Shown one piece after another: positions 45,925 to 58,880 of a DNA stretch of 64,000 nucleotides (position 1 is the stretch's first letter; the number at the start of each line of letters is the position of its first letter). The translations under genes and the position numbers were made by a program. The notes under the pieces are model-generated. The model ran no database searches and was not told the DNA's origin. It saw only the letters and a list, made by a program, of their open reading frames with translations. Where the stretch lies: NCBI GenBank assembly GCA_035759705.1, contig DASTUJ010000138.1:87-64086 (forward strand), given 5' to 3'. The DNA comes from Actinomycetota bacterium. Its GTDB lineage: Bacteria; Actinomycetota; CADDZG01; JAHWKV01.

Positions 45925-46393
45925 TCCGATCCCCGCTTGAAGTTCTTGAAGTCCCTGTCGAACAGCTTTTCGTCCTGTTCGCTCAACTCGGGCACCGTCG
46001 CACTGGGCTCGGGCCCGGCCTCCCCGCCGCCGGTCCGGCGCCGGAGGAAGAGCATCACCACGCCCAGCCCCGCCAGCACGGCCAGGGGAGGGGCGACCCA
46101 GGCCAGCGAACCGCCTGGCCGGGCGAGGGCGACCTCGCCGAAGTTGTCGACTATCCACCGGTCGATCTCGGCGTTGGTGTCGCCCCGGCGAACCATCTCG
46201 TCCACTTCGGCCCGCAGCCGGCTGGCCTGGTCCGAGGGGCACTCGTCAAGAGTGAGGCCGGGGCAGAAGGGCGACATCATGCGGCCGGCGACCTCGTCGG
46301 AGGTGGGGACCGCGTCGGGGTCGGGACCGGAGGTGAGAGCCACTCCCAGCGCCAGGCCGCCGAGAACGGCTATGGCCGCCAGGGGCCACACCC

Positions 46394-46397
<4 letters not shown>
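45921..46397 (-). CDS. ccmH: CcmH-like cytochrome c biogenesis protein
   Basis: A signal peptide is followed by MMSPFCPGLTLDECPSDQASRLRAEVDEMVRRGDTNAEIDRWIV, which matches the CcmH LxCPxC...DLRxEV...I..W region. A C-terminal TM helix is present. Confidence 0.65.
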
Positions 46398-48391
<1,994 letters not shown>

Positions 48392-48415
48392 GGCCCTAAC
48401 CTCCTGCGGGTGACG

Positions 48416-48829
48416 CTAGCCTTCTGAGGCCAGCTTGGCTTCCATCTTCGACGGGCACTTGACCAGGACGCTGGAGGCGGAGAACGCCTCGTCCGCCATT
48501 GCTCCTTCGGCCACGACCTCGACGTCGTCGGCGAAGGTGTCGGGCAGAGCGTCCTCGGTGGTCACGTCGACCGATGACGACCCGTCGGAGACCGCGAAGC
48601 GAGTGGTGGTCCCGGCCGTCTCTATGGAACCGGGCACGACCTTACCGGCAACCCGCACGGAGCGGTTGCCGTCAAAGCTCCCGGAGGTCAGCTCCGAGGG
48701 CGTTCGGTAGTAGGCCGTGGTTCCCGAAAGTGACCAGACGATCAATCCGACGATTGAGGCCACGATCACTCCCGCGGCCAGAAGAAAGCGTTTTGACGCG
48801 GACATGGGCGTCATTATCCCATCGTTCAA
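48416..48829 (-). CDS. ccmE: Haem chaperone CcmE, Cys-variant
   Basis: An N-terminal TM anchor and an OB fold (VRVAGKVVPGS). The canonical haem-binding HxxxY is replaced by C-P-S-K-M (VLVKCPSKMEAK). Confidence 0.8.
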   Translation of the reverse strand: MNDGIMTPMSASKRFLLAAGVIVASIVGLIVWSLSGTTAYYRTPSELTSGSFDGNRSVRVAGKVVPGSIETAGTTTRFAVSDGSSSVDVTTEDALPDTFADDVEVVAEGAMADEAFSASSVLVKCPSKMEAKLASEG

Positions 48830-48934
48830 ACCAACCGGGCACTTGAGCCCCCGGCCGGGCGTGGAACGAAACTCGGTGCGAGAATTAGACTTGATTCAAG
48901 CGACTGCTCAAACCTTTGTGGGAGACATCAAAAC

Positions 48935-50260
48935 ATGGCGGAATACGACGCAATTGTCGTCGGTGCGGGCCCGGGAGGCTCCGCCGCCGCTTACTGGCTG
49001 GCGGCGGCCGGGCTCAAGGTCGCCCTGCTGGAGAAAAAGGCGCTGGGCCGGGACAAGGTCTGCGGTGACGGCCTCACCCCCCGCGCCACCAAGGCGCTGG
49101 TCGACATGGGCGTGCGGCCTGCCACCGAGTCCTACCACCGGATCAGGGGCCTCAGGGTTCTGGGCGCCGGCCGGGAGATGGAGCTGGACTGGCCCACCCT
49201 CAGCAACTTCCCGGCCAACGGCCTGGTGGCCGCCCGTGCGGTGCTGGACGCCGACATCACCCGCCGGGCGATCGAGGGTGGCGCCGAGCTGTTCGAGATG
49301 ACCGAGGCCGTCGAGCCGGTCCGCAACGGCAAGACCGTGGTCGGCGTGAAGTGGGTCCGCAAAGAGGCCGCCGAGGGCGGGGGCGTGGTCAAGGCCGAGG
49401 AGGGCACCTTTATGGCGCCGTTCACCGTGGTCGCCGACGGCGCCTCGTCGTCGTTCGGGCGCGCTCTCGGCATCCGGATGGACCCGAGCTACCCGCTGGG
49501 GCTCGGCATCCGGGCCTACTACGAAACCGATCGGTCGAGCGACGACTTCATCGAGTCCTGGCTGGAGCTGCGCAAGGACGACCTCCTACTGCCTGGCTAT
49601 GGGTGGCTGTTCCCGCTGGGCGACGGAACGATGAACGTGGGCGTCGGGCTGCTGCAGACCTCGAAGAGGGACCTGAACGTCAACCTCAGCCGGCTGCAGC
49701 ACGACTTCATCGACTGCCTCCCCAAGTCCTACGGCATCACCCACGAGACCGCCACCGGCCCCTACAAGTCGGCCCGCCTTCCTCTGGGACTGAGCGTACG
49801 CAAGCCCTACGGCGACGGCTTCTTGTGCATCGGCGACGCCGCCGGAATGATCAACCCGTTCAACGGGGAGGGGATCGACTACGCCCTGGAAACCGGCAAG
49901 CTCGCCGCCGGGATGATCAGTGCGGCGCTGGCCCGGGGCGACTCCACCGAGCTCGGTGACTACCAGACGGCCCTGACCGACATCTACGGCGGCTACTACC
50001 GGCTGGGCCGGCTGTTCCTCCGGATGATCAGCAAGCCCGAGCTGTTCCGCCTGATGTGCGGCATCGGCATGCGTTCCGAGTCGGTGATGGCCTTCGCCCT
50101 GCAGGTCCTGGCAAACCTCGGCGAGGAGCACGGCGGCAGGATGGCCGACCGGGCCTTCCGCGGGCTGGTCCGGGTGGCGGAGAAGGGCCTCGAGGAGTAC
50201 ACCGACCCGGAAATACCCACCCCGAACGGGGTTAAGGAAAAGGTCTCCGCCCGTTCATAG
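48935..50260 (+). CDS. Geranylgeranyl reductase family FAD-dependent oxidoreductase
   Basis: The FAD fingerprint is DAIVVGAGPGGSAAAYWLA. Family motifs are GDAAGMINPFNGEGIDYAL and FLCIGDAAG. Confidence 0.85.
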   Translation: MAEYDAIVVGAGPGGSAAAYWLAAAGLKVALLEKKALGRDKVCGDGLTPRATKALVDMGVRPATESYHRIRGLRVLGAGREMELDWPTLSNFPANGLVAARAVLDADITRRAIEGGAELFEMTEAVEPVRNGKTVVGVKWVRKEAAEGGGVVKAEEGTFMAPFTVVADGASSSFGRALGIRMDPSYPLGLGIRAYYETDRSSDDFIESWLELRKDDLLLPGYGWLFPLGDGTMNVGVGLLQTSKRDLNVNLSRLQHDFIDCLPKSYGITHETATGPYKSARLPLGLSVRKPYGDGFLCIGDAAGMINPFNGEGIDYALETGKLAAGMISAALARGDSTELGDYQTALTDIYGGYYRLGRLFLRMISKPELFRLMCGIGMRSESVMAFALQVLANLGEEHGGRMADRAFRGLVRVAEKGLEEYTDPEIPTPNGVKEKVSARS

Positions 50261-50728
50261 CCGGGCTGCGGCCTCTTCCGCCGGTGAGACCACCGAGTCG
50301 TAGTCGAAGGCCAGCCTCACGTATTCACCGGCCATCAACGGCGAGGTGACCATGAAGTCCGCCGACGACCGGTTGCAGGCGATTGGGATGTTGTAAACCG
50401 CAGCGATCCGGAGCAGCGCCTTGACGTCGACATCGTGGGAGTGGGACTCCAGCGGGTCCCAGAAGAAAACCACGAAGTCGATGTGGCCCTCGGTGATCCC
50501 CGCCCCAATCTGCTGGTCGCCGCCCAGGGGACCGCTCCGGAACCTCGTCACGTCCAGCCCCACCTCGTTCTCCAGCAGGGCTCCTGTGGTCCCGGTGGCG
50601 CATAGCAGGTGCTGGGAGAGGATCGGCCTGTTCCAGTTGGCCCAGTCGACCATCTCGCTTTTGCGGTTGTCGTGTGCCACCAGCGCGATGGTCTTCACCG
50701 CCGGCATGACGACAGGTTGAATCTTCAT
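50255..50728 (-). CDS. mgsA: Methylglyoxal synthase
   Basis: IALVAHDNRK...GTTG...GPLGGDQQIGA...IDFVVFFWDPL...HDVDVKALLR matches the MGS active-site region. The likely start is ATG 50728 (MKIQP...). Confidence 0.85.
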   Translation of the reverse strand: MKIQPVVMPAVKTIALVAHDNRKSEMVDWANWNRPILSQHLLCATGTTGALLENEVGLDVTRFRSGPLGGDQQIGAGITEGHIDFVVFFWDPLESHSHDVDVKALLRIAAVYNIPIACNRSSADFMVTSPLMAGEYVRLAFDYDSVVSPAEEAAARL

Positions 50729-50910
50729 AGGCCCGCTCCATTCGAACTCAGGTTTCACAATTCCGCTCCGCCCGCCGTTGGTCCGAGTATGCGGTCGCCA
50801 GGTTTCCGGTCTGTTGCGGGCTCGTGAACAGGAGATGGCGCCGGAGAATTCGCCCTTAACTAATTTCGCTTTGTGCCGATCAACTCGCAGAGATAACCGC
50901 GGGATCTCCT

Positions 50911-51534
50911 ATGGAGGCATGGGCTGATATGGACGGAAGAGCTGCCAGAAGTATCGAAGCAATCCTTGACGAGTACAACAAAAAACAGCGAGCTGCGAGG
51001 TTGGAGATGGAACTTCGGAAAGCCCAGCGAGAAGAGTTTTTGAGCAACTTTGCCGGACGCATCCAGAGCACCGTCCGGCCGGTGATGGTGGAGGCGGCGG
51101 AGCTGCTGAAGCGAAGCGGGCACGACTACGAGATCATCGAGAACGAAGACGGCCTGCAGGCCGACGGCAAGACCTTGAACGCTGCGATCGTCCTGGCAAT
51201 CTTCCCGGAGGGGGAACGCCCCAACGACCCCCGCAACAGCGAACAGTCCGGCTGGCCGCACATCGCCTTCTTCGTGAACCCCAACAAAAACACGATCTTC
51301 GTCCACGAGAGCGCCATGATGCCCAACATCGGCGGCCCCTCGGGCACCGCAGGGGAGTACACCCTGGACGAGATCACGGCCGAGACGGTGCAAAAGCACA
51401 TCGTCAGCGTCCTTGCCCGGGCGATGGGCATCGGCCGGGTAAAACGCACCACCCGCAGCCTCCGGGCCCCCCGCGTCCGCCGTCAGGCCGAGGACCCGAT
51501 TCCGGCAGCCCCCTTCAACTACCTGGCGCGCTAG
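50911..51534 (+). CDS. Hypothetical protein
   Basis: 207 aa with coding-like composition and no recognised motif. Confidence 0.45.
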   Translation: MEAWADMDGRAARSIEAILDEYNKKQRAARLEMELRKAQREEFLSNFAGRIQSTVRPVMVEAAELLKRSGHDYEIIENEDGLQADGKTLNAAIVLAIFPEGERPNDPRNSEQSGWPHIAFFVNPNKNTIFVHESAMMPNIGGPSGTAGEYTLDEITAETVQKHIVSVLARAMGIGRVKRTTRSLRAPRVRRQAEDPIPAAPFNYLAR

Positions 51535-51763
51535 CCGCCGCTCTTTCGGAGGGCCGGGATCCCGCGGTCAAAGGTCTCCGGAAGCGCCCGCATCGCCGCC
51601 GCCCCGGCCCGTAGCCGCCCTTCTAATGAAGGAGCGGCCTTTTCGACGTTTGCGCAGGCGGCGCTTCGGTAAGGGTTTGGGCTGACGAGCCTCGGGCTGC
51701 GGGGCAAGCTTGTGATAGCTTTCAGTGGTCTTGTCGGCTATCCACGAAGGGAATTGACGCTCA

Positions 51764-52132
51764 GTGCCGGACGGCTATTTCGGTTCATATCTAACCCTGG
51801 CGATCTACTCCCTGGCCATGATCGGCCTGGTGGGTGGCACCCTTGGGCTCAACCGCCTGGTTTCCCCCAAGGTGCCCGGCAAAGAGAAGATGACGACCTA
51901 CGAGAGCGGCGTCGACCCCATCGGCAGCGGCCAGAGCCAGACGACCATCCGCTACTACATGTTCGCCCTGCTCTTCGTCATCTTCGACGTCGAAGCGGTC
52001 TTCCTCTTCCCCTGGGCAGTGGTCTTCGAGGAGATCGGGTTGTTCGCCTTCGTCGAGATGATGATCTTCATTCTCATCCTCGCCCTGGGCCTGCTCTACG
52101 CCTGGCGCAAGAAGGTGCTGGACTGGATTTGA
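51764..52132 (+). CDS. nuoA: NADH-quinone oxidoreductase subunit A
   Basis: Three TM helices and the conserved YESGVDP plus FDVE(A/I)VFLFPW motifs. The start is GTG. Confidence 0.9.
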   Translation: MPDGYFGSYLTLAIYSLAMIGLVGGTLGLNRLVSPKVPGKEKMTTYESGVDPIGSGQSQTTIRYYMFALLFVIFDVEAVFLFPWAVVFEEIGLFAFVEMMIFILILALGLLYAWRKKVLDWI

Positions 52133-52193
52133 GAGCTTTCCCAGCACGGCAGGCCACTTCCGCTTCACCGAAAATTTCCCGTAAGGAGCGCTG

Positions 52194-52739
<546 letters not shown>

Positions 52740-53225
52740 CCGGCGGGTTTCCGACAAGATCGGGGACCTTGCCACCGGTATAGAGGTTAAATACGGGCAC
52801 ATCTGGGCGACGGTTGAACCGGCGCGCATTGTCGACGTCGTGACCACCCTCAAGACCGACCCGGACCTGCTGTGCAGCTACCTGACCTTCCTATGTGGTG
52901 TCGACTGGGAAGCCGAGGGCTTCGAGGTTGTGATCACCCTCTACTCGGTCACCAACGAGAACACCGTGATCCTGCACGTGCCGCTGGGGGCCGGCGCCAC
53001 CATGCCGACCCTGACCGGCGTATTTCGGAGCGCCAACTGGCACGAGCGTGAGGCCCACGAGATGTTCGGCATCAACTTTGAGGGCCACCCGAACCTGGTG
53101 AAGCTCTACCTGCCCGAGGACTTCGTGGGGCACCCCCTTTTGAAGAGCTTCAAGCTGGCCAGCCGCACCTACAAGCCCTGGCCCGGCGCTAAAGACCCAA
53201 GTGAAGCTGCAGGCGGAGGTCGCGG

Positions 53226-54386
53226 ATGAGCACCCTCATCCCCACCACCGACAAGTGGCTGACCGAGGCGCGCCTCTCCGGCGGCGGCACCCTGCGCACC
53301 GAGGAGATGGTGCTAAACATCGGCCCCCAGCACCCGGCGACCCACGGAGTTCTTCGGGTGGTGGTCACCCTGGACGGCGAGAAGATCGTCGACGCCGTCC
53401 CGGTCATCGGGTACATGCACCGGGGCCACGAGAAGCTTTTCGAGCAGCGGGACTTCCGCCAGATCACGAACCTGTGCTCCCGGATGGACTGGCTCTCCGG
53501 CATCAACAACGAGATCCCGGCGTCGCTGGCGGTCGAGAGGCTGATGGAGCTGGAGGTTCCCCGCCGGGCGACCTACCTCAGGGTGATCATGGCCGAGATC
53601 AACCGGATCCTGAACCACCTGATGTTCACCGGGTCGTTCGGCCTGGAGCTCGGCGCCACCACCCCGGTCATGTACGCCTTCCGCGAGCGGGAGCTGCTGC
53701 AGTCGGCCATGGAGATGGCCACCGGCGGGCGCCTGCACTTCGGTTTCATCCGCCCGGGCGGGCTGAAGGAGGACGTGCCGCGGGGGTTTGTCGACCTGGC
53801 CCTTAGAGGCATCCGCCAGCTGCAGCGGGCGATCCCGGACTACGAGGACCTGCTGATCGGCAACGAGATCTTCAAGGCACGCACGGTCGGAGTCGGCGTC
53901 CTGGATCCAGACCTGGCGATCGAGTACGGCGTGTCCGGCCCGATCCTCAGGGCCAGCGGGGTTCCCTACGACGTCCGCAAGGCCGAGCCGTACCTGAACT
54001 ACTCGGAGTTCGACTTCGACATCCCGGTGGGGGTGCAGGGCGACTCGTTCGACCGCTACTGGGTGTTGATCCAGGAGATGAAGGAGTCGGCGAAGATCGT
54101 GGAGCAGGCCCTGCAGGGGCTGCCCTCCGGCTCGCACATCGGGCAGGTCCCGAAGCGGCTGACCATCCCGAAGGGGGCCATCTGGGCCAAGGCCGAGAAC
54201 CCGCTGGGCGAGCTCGGCTACTACATAATCTCCGACGGCGAGGCCAAGCCCTACCGCATGAAGGCCCGGACGCCCTCGTTCTCCAACATATCGGTCGTCC
54301 CGCACATGCTCCGGGGCGCCTACGTGCCGGACATGGTTGCCGTGCTCGGCAGCATGTTCTTCGTGGTGGGGGACATCGACCGTTGA
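53226..54386 (+). CDS. nuoD: NADH-quinone oxidoreductase subunit D
   Basis: GPQHPATHGVLR, RMDWLSG and C-terminal PHMLRG...VLGSMFFVVGDIDR blocks. Confidence 0.95.
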   Translation: MSTLIPTTDKWLTEARLSGGGTLRTEEMVLNIGPQHPATHGVLRVVVTLDGEKIVDAVPVIGYMHRGHEKLFEQRDFRQITNLCSRMDWLSGINNEIPASLAVERLMELEVPRRATYLRVIMAEINRILNHLMFTGSFGLELGATTPVMYAFRERELLQSAMEMATGGRLHFGFIRPGGLKEDVPRGFVDLALRGIRQLQRAIPDYEDLLIGNEIFKARTVGVGVLDPDLAIEYGVSGPILRASGVPYDVRKAEPYLNYSEFDFDIPVGVQGDSFDRYWVLIQEMKESAKIVEQALQGLPSGSHIGQVPKRLTIPKGAIWAKAENPLGELGYYIISDGEAKPYRMKARTPSFSNISVVPHMLRGAYVPDMVAVLGSMFFVVGDIDR

Positions 54387-55396
54387 TCGCCGACATCCTT
54401 GCCAACGGCTACGTCCAGCTGGGACTGAAGCTCGGCGTCCTGATGATCCTGCTGCCGGCGACGCTGGCCCTGGGCTGGGTGGAGCTGAAGATCGGCGCCC
54501 ACATGCAGGCCCGGATGGGGCCGATGTACCCCGGCGGGTTCCACGGCTGGGCCCAGACGCTCGCCGACGGAATCAAGTTCGTCCTGAAGGAGAACATCAT
54601 CCCGAAGAACGCCGACAAGAGCGTCTTCTCGATGGTCCCCTACGTGACGATGCTCGGCGCCGCCCTCATCTACGTGGTGATCCCGGCCGGCGAGAACATC
54701 GTGATCGAGAACCTCGAGGTGGGGGTGTTCTACGTCCTGGCAGCGTCGTCCATCGGGGTCATCGGTGTGCTGATGGCCGGCTGGGCCTCCGCCAACAAGT
54801 ACTCGATGATGGGCGCCCTTCGCGCGGCGGCCCAGCTGATCGCCTACGAGCTTCCGCTGGTGCTGGCCGCGGCGGCAGTGGCGATGATGGCCGGTTCGCT
54901 TTCGCTGGTCGACATCGTGGAGGGCCAGAAGGAGCTGCAGCTGTTCGGCTTCTACATCCCCTACCTGCCGTTCCAGATCATCGGCTTCTTCATCTTCCTG
55001 ACCGCGGCCACCGCCGAGATGACCCGGCCCCCGTTCGACATGCCGGTGGCGGAGGCCGAGCTGATCACCGGCGCCTTCACCGAGTACACCGGCATCCGGT
55101 TCGCTTTCAGCCTGTTCGCCGCCGAGTACATCACGATGATCGGGCTGTCGGCGTTCGGCGCCACGATGTTCCTGGGGGGCTACGCTCCGCTGCACCGGGG
55201 GCTGGACTTTGTCCCCGGCATCGTGTGGCTGCTGGGCAAGACCGCTACGATCCTGTTCCTGCTGATCTGGATCCGGTGGACGTTCCCCCGCTTGAGGGAG
55301 GACCAGCTCCAGAAGTTTGCATGGAAGGTACTGATCCCGCTGTCGCTGGTGAACATCTTCGTCACCGGCGCCCTGAAGCTGACCCCGTGGATCTAG
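54383..55396 (+). CDS. nuoH: NADH-quinone oxidoreductase subunit H
   Basis: An 8-TM protein with the GW(A/S)SANKYS(M/L)MGALRAAAQ(L/M)I(A/S)YE signature. It starts immediately after nuoD with a TTGA overlap, leaving no room for nuoEFG. Confidence 0.95.
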   Translation: MIADILANGYVQLGLKLGVLMILLPATLALGWVELKIGAHMQARMGPMYPGGFHGWAQTLADGIKFVLKENIIPKNADKSVFSMVPYVTMLGAALIYVVIPAGENIVIENLEVGVFYVLAASSIGVIGVLMAGWASANKYSMMGALRAAAQLIAYELPLVLAAAAVAMMAGSLSLVDIVEGQKELQLFGFYIPYLPFQIIGFFIFLTAATAEMTRPPFDMPVAEAELITGAFTEYTGIRFAFSLFAAEYITMIGLSAFGATMFLGGYAPLHRGLDFVPGIVWLLGKTATILFLLIWIRWTFPRLREDQLQKFAWKVLIPLSLVNIFVTGALKLTPWI

Positions 55397-55405
55397 GAGA
55401 CCGTT

Positions 55406-56023
55406 ATGGCGACAACTGAAGACCGCATCGACGAGCTGGTGCCGCGCGACGCTCTAAAGACCCTCTCGCCGGGCCGGGACAAGCGGACCACGTTCGGCAT
55501 CGGCCTGATCAAGGGCCTCGCCGTCACCCTCCGGCACATGCTGAAGCCTGCGATCACCATCCAGTACCCGGATGAGATCGACGAGCTTCCCGCACGCTCC
55601 CGCGGCGTCATCGCCCTGAAGGAGGAGAACTGCACCGTCTGCATGCTGTGCGCCCGCGAGTGCCCGGACTGGTGCATCTATATAGAAGGACACAAGGAGG
55701 CCCGGGAGAGCGTGGCCGGCAAGAGGGCGAAGAAGTTCAATGTCCTGGACCGGTTCGCCATCGACTACGCCCTCTGTATGTACTGCGGCATCTGCGTCGA
55801 GGTCTGCCCGTACGACGCCCTGTTCTGGGGGCAGGAGGACAACTACTCCGAGCACGACGTCCTCCAGCTGACCCACGAGAAGGAAACCCTGAACCAGTGG
55901 ATGTACAACGTGCCGCCCCCGGTGGAGCTGGAGCTGGGCGCCATGGGGCCCGAGGTCAAGCCGCTTCCCGCCGCGGCGCCCGCCGCCGAGGCTGCCCCGG
56001 CTCCCGCCAAGGAAGGGGCGTAG
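55406..56023 (+). CDS. nuoI: NADH-quinone oxidoreductase subunit I
   Basis: Two 4Fe-4S motifs ([24 protein letters not shown]) and an Ala/Pro-rich C-terminal tail. Confidence 0.9.
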   Translation: MATTEDRIDELVPRDALKTLSPGRDKRTTFGIGLIKGLAVTLRHMLKPAITIQYPDEIDELPARSRGVIALKEENCTVCMLCARECPDWCIYIEGHKEARESVAGKRAKKFNVLDRFAIDYALCMYCGICVEVCPYDALFWGQEDNYSEHDVLQLTHEKETLNQWMYNVPPPVELELGAMGPEVKPLPAAAPAAEAAPAPAKEGA

Positions 56024-56024
56024 C

Positions 56025-56510
56025 TTGCAGGGACTGATTTTCCTGGTCGTCGCCGCCACGTCGGGCTTCGCCGCGATCCGGCTGGTGACCAACAAGAACC
56101 TGGTCCACGCCGCCCTGTACCTGGTGGTGACCCTGATGGGCATGGCGATCATCTTCCTGCTGCTCACGGCCGAGTTCGTCGCCTGGGTGCAGGTCCTGAT
56201 CTACGTCGGCGCGGTGATTGTGCTGCTGCTGTTCGGTTTGATGTTGACCCGGGCTCAAATCGGCAAGACCGCCCTCGACCGCCAGCAGCGCTGGGTGGCC
56301 GGGCCGGTTGCGCTGGTCCTGTTTGCCGTCACGACCCCGGTGCTGTGGAGGTTCTTCGACGGAGAGACCATCCGCCTCGACCAAACGTCCGGAAACACCG
56401 AGGCCCTGGGGATGGAGATCTTTACGAAGTTCGTCCTGCCGTTCGAGATCGTTTCGGTGCTGCTGCTCGCCGCGCTCGTGGGCGCCGTGTTCCTGGCGAA
56501 GAAGGATTAG
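56025..56510 (+). CDS. nuoJ: NADH-quinone oxidoreductase subunit J
   Basis: A 5-TM, 161-aa protein. The TTG start is 2 nt after the nuoI stop. Confidence 0.85.
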   Translation: MQGLIFLVVAATSGFAAIRLVTNKNLVHAALYLVVTLMGMAIIFLLLTAEFVAWVQVLIYVGAVIVLLLFGLMLTRAQIGKTALDRQQRWVAGPVALVLFAVTTPVLWRFFDGETIRLDQTSGNTEALGMEIFTKFVLPFEIVSVLLLAALVGAVFLAKKD

Positions 56511-56513
56511 CGC

Positions 56514-56819
56514 ATGCCTTTGAACTGGGTCCTGGTCCTCACCACCTTCCTTTTCTGCGTGGGTGTCTACGGCGTGCTCGCCCGGCGGAACGCCGTGATC
56601 GTGCTGATGTCGATTGAGATCATGCTGAACGCGGTCAACCTGAACTTCATCGCCTTCAACGGCGCGCTCGAGGGTGAGCGGCTGATCGGGCAGGTATTCG
56701 CCCTGTTCGTGATCGCCATCGCCGCCGCCGAGCTGGGCGTCGGCCTGGCCATCGTCCTTTTGATCTACCGCAACAGCTTCACGGTTTCGCTGGATGAGGT
56801 GAACCTGCTCAAATGGTGA
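56514..56819 (+). CDS. nuoK: NADH-quinone oxidoreductase subunit K
   Basis: 101 aa with three TM helices and the conserved ...[11 protein letters not shown]...[11 protein letters not shown] block. Confidence 0.9.
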   Translation: MPLNWVLVLTTFLFCVGVYGVLARRNAVIVLMSIEIMLNAVNLNFIAFNGALEGERLIGQVFALFVIAIAAAELGVGLAIVLLIYRNSFTVSLDEVNLLKW

Positions 56820-58858
56820 CTATCCTTGCAACCGCGGCGGAGCACGGCACCGAGGCCGCAGCTTCCACCGGCGCTCCCCTGGAGATGGCCTGGCTGATCC
56901 CGATCATCCCGATGATCTCGGCGGGCGTCATCTGGGCGATCGGAAAGCGCTTCCCCCGGCGTGGCGCGGAGATAGGAATCCTGGCGATGCTGGCCGTCCT
57001 GGTGGGGGCGCTGGTCGTTTTCTTCGACACCATCGGCCACATTGCGGCCGACGAGGCCTGGCACGGCTTCGAGAAGTCGGTCACCTGGATGGACTTCGGG
57101 CCGAGCTCCACGCTCGAGCTCGGATTCAAGGTCGACGGCCTGTCGGCGGTTCTGCTGGTTGTGGTGGGCATCGTCGCGACGATGGTCCACGTCTACGCCC
57201 TCTCCTATATGAAGGGCGAGGTCCGGGTCACCCACTTCTTCGCCGCCCTCTCGCTGTTCACCGCTTCGATGCTGAACCTGGTCCTTGCGAACAACCTGCT
57301 GCAGATGCTGGTCGGATGGGAGGGTATGGGCGTCTGTTCGTACCTGCTGATCGGCCACTGGTGGGAGAAGCACGAGAACTCCTCGGCTGCCATCAAGGCG
57401 TTCCTCACCACCCGCGTCGGCGACGTCGGCTTCATGATCGGCATCTTCGTGCTGTTCTGGGGCGCCCAGAGCTTCAACGTCGGGGTCATCTCCGAGATGG
57501 CCACCGCCGGCGACATCGCCCGCGGCACGCTGACCGTGGGGGCGATCCTGCTGTTCTGCGGCGCCGTCGGCAAGTCGGCCCAGTTCCCGCTCCACACCTG
57601 GCTGCCCGACGCCATGGCCGGGCCGACGCCGGTCTCCGCCCTGATCCACGCGGCCACTATGGTCGTCGCCGGCGTCTACCTGGTGGCCCGGATGTTCCCC
57701 GTATTTGCCGCGGCGGCCCCGGCTGCTCTCGGCGTGGTCGCGGTCATCGGCTCGATCACCATGCTGATCGCCGCCCTGCTGGCCCTGGTGCAGAACGACC
57801 TCAAGAAGATTCTGGCGTACTCGACCGTCTCCCAGCTGGGCTACATGATCGCCGGCCTGGGCGTCTCCGCCTACACCGCCAGCGTGTTCCACATCTGGAC
57901 CCACGCCTGGTTCAAGGCGCTTTTGTTCCTGGCGGCCGGATCGGTGATCCACGGGGTGCACTCCAACTACATGAGCGACATGGGTGGCCTGCTCAAGAAG
58001 ATGCCCGTCACCGCCATGACCTTCATCATCGGAGGCCTGGCGCTGGCCGGATTCCCGCCCTTCGCCGGGTTCTGGTCGAAGGACGAGCTGGTTCTCGGCG
58101 CCTACACCGAGGCCATGCACGGCAGCGGGATCGCGATGTTCACCTTCATCGCCATGCTGGTGACCGCCTTTTTGACCGCGCTGTACGTCGCCCGGATGCT
58201 GGCTCTGACGTTCTTCGGAAAACCGAAGTACGACACCGCCCACGTCCACCCGCACGAGAGCCCCCGGCTGATGACCGTCCCACTGATGATCCTGGCCGCG
58301 CTCGCAGTCGCCGGCGGATGGGTCGGCCTGCCCGGCGAGGCGAACCAGTTCGCCAAATGGGTCCACCTGGCCGGAACCGAGCACCACCCGTTCAACATCA
58401 TGATCGCTGTGGTCTCCACCGGAGCGGCGCTGGCCGGCTTCGCTATCGGCTGGGCGATCTTTCGGATGGGCAGGGTCAAGGTCGACGTCCAGAAGACGGC
58501 GGCGGCCCCGCTCTACAAGCTGCTGGTCAACAAGTACTACCTGGACGACATCTACTGGAAGTTCATCGTGGCCCCGGTGCGGGACCGCCTGTCCGCGGCG
58601 GCCTACTGGACCAACATGAAAATTCTGGACGCCACGGTCGACGCGGCGGGCACGGTGGCGGTCAAGACCGGGGCCTTCGCCTACCGGGACGTCGACCAGG
58701 GCCTGATCGACGGTTTCATCCACAACCTGGCGGGGCTGGCCGGACTGGCCGGCTCGAAGATGAAGTTCTGGCAGACCGGAAACATGCAGCGGTACGCCGC
58801 TGCGATGTTCCTCGGAGTCGCCACGCTTGTCGGCGCATTCGTATTTTTCCGAATCTAG
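56813..58858 (+). CDS. nuoL: NADH-quinone oxidoreductase subunit L
   Basis: A 681-aa antiporter-like subunit with a long C-terminal extension helix. Confidence 0.95.
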   Translation: MVTILATAAEHGTEAAASTGAPLEMAWLIPIIPMISAGVIWAIGKRFPRRGAEIGILAMLAVLVGALVVFFDTIGHIAADEAWHGFEKSVTWMDFGPSSTLELGFKVDGLSAVLLVVVGIVATMVHVYALSYMKGEVRVTHFFAALSLFTASMLNLVLANNLLQMLVGWEGMGVCSYLLIGHWWEKHENSSAAIKAFLTTRVGDVGFMIGIFVLFWGAQSFNVGVISEMATAGDIARGTLTVGAILLFCGAVGKSAQFPLHTWLPDAMAGPTPVSALIHAATMVVAGVYLVARMFPVFAAAAPAALGVVAVIGSITMLIAALLALVQNDLKKILAYSTVSQLGYMIAGLGVSAYTASVFHIWTHAWFKALLFLAAGSVIHGVHSNYMSDMGGLLKKMPVTAMTFIIGGLALAGFPPFAGFWSKDELVLGAYTEAMHGSGIAMFTFIAMLVTAFLTALYVARMLALTFFGKPKYDTAHVHPHESPRLMTVPLMILAALAVAGGWVGLPGEANQFAKWVHLAGTEHHPFNIMIAVVSTGAALAGFAIGWAIFRMGRVKVDVQKTAAAPLYKLLVNKYYLDDIYWKFIVAPVRDRLSAAAYWTNMKILDATVDAAGTVAVKTGAFAYRDVDQGLIDGFIHNLAGLAGLAGSKMKFWQTGNMQRYAAAMFLGVATLVGAFVFFRI

Positions 58859-58880
58859 ATCCAAAACAGACGGAGGGGCT

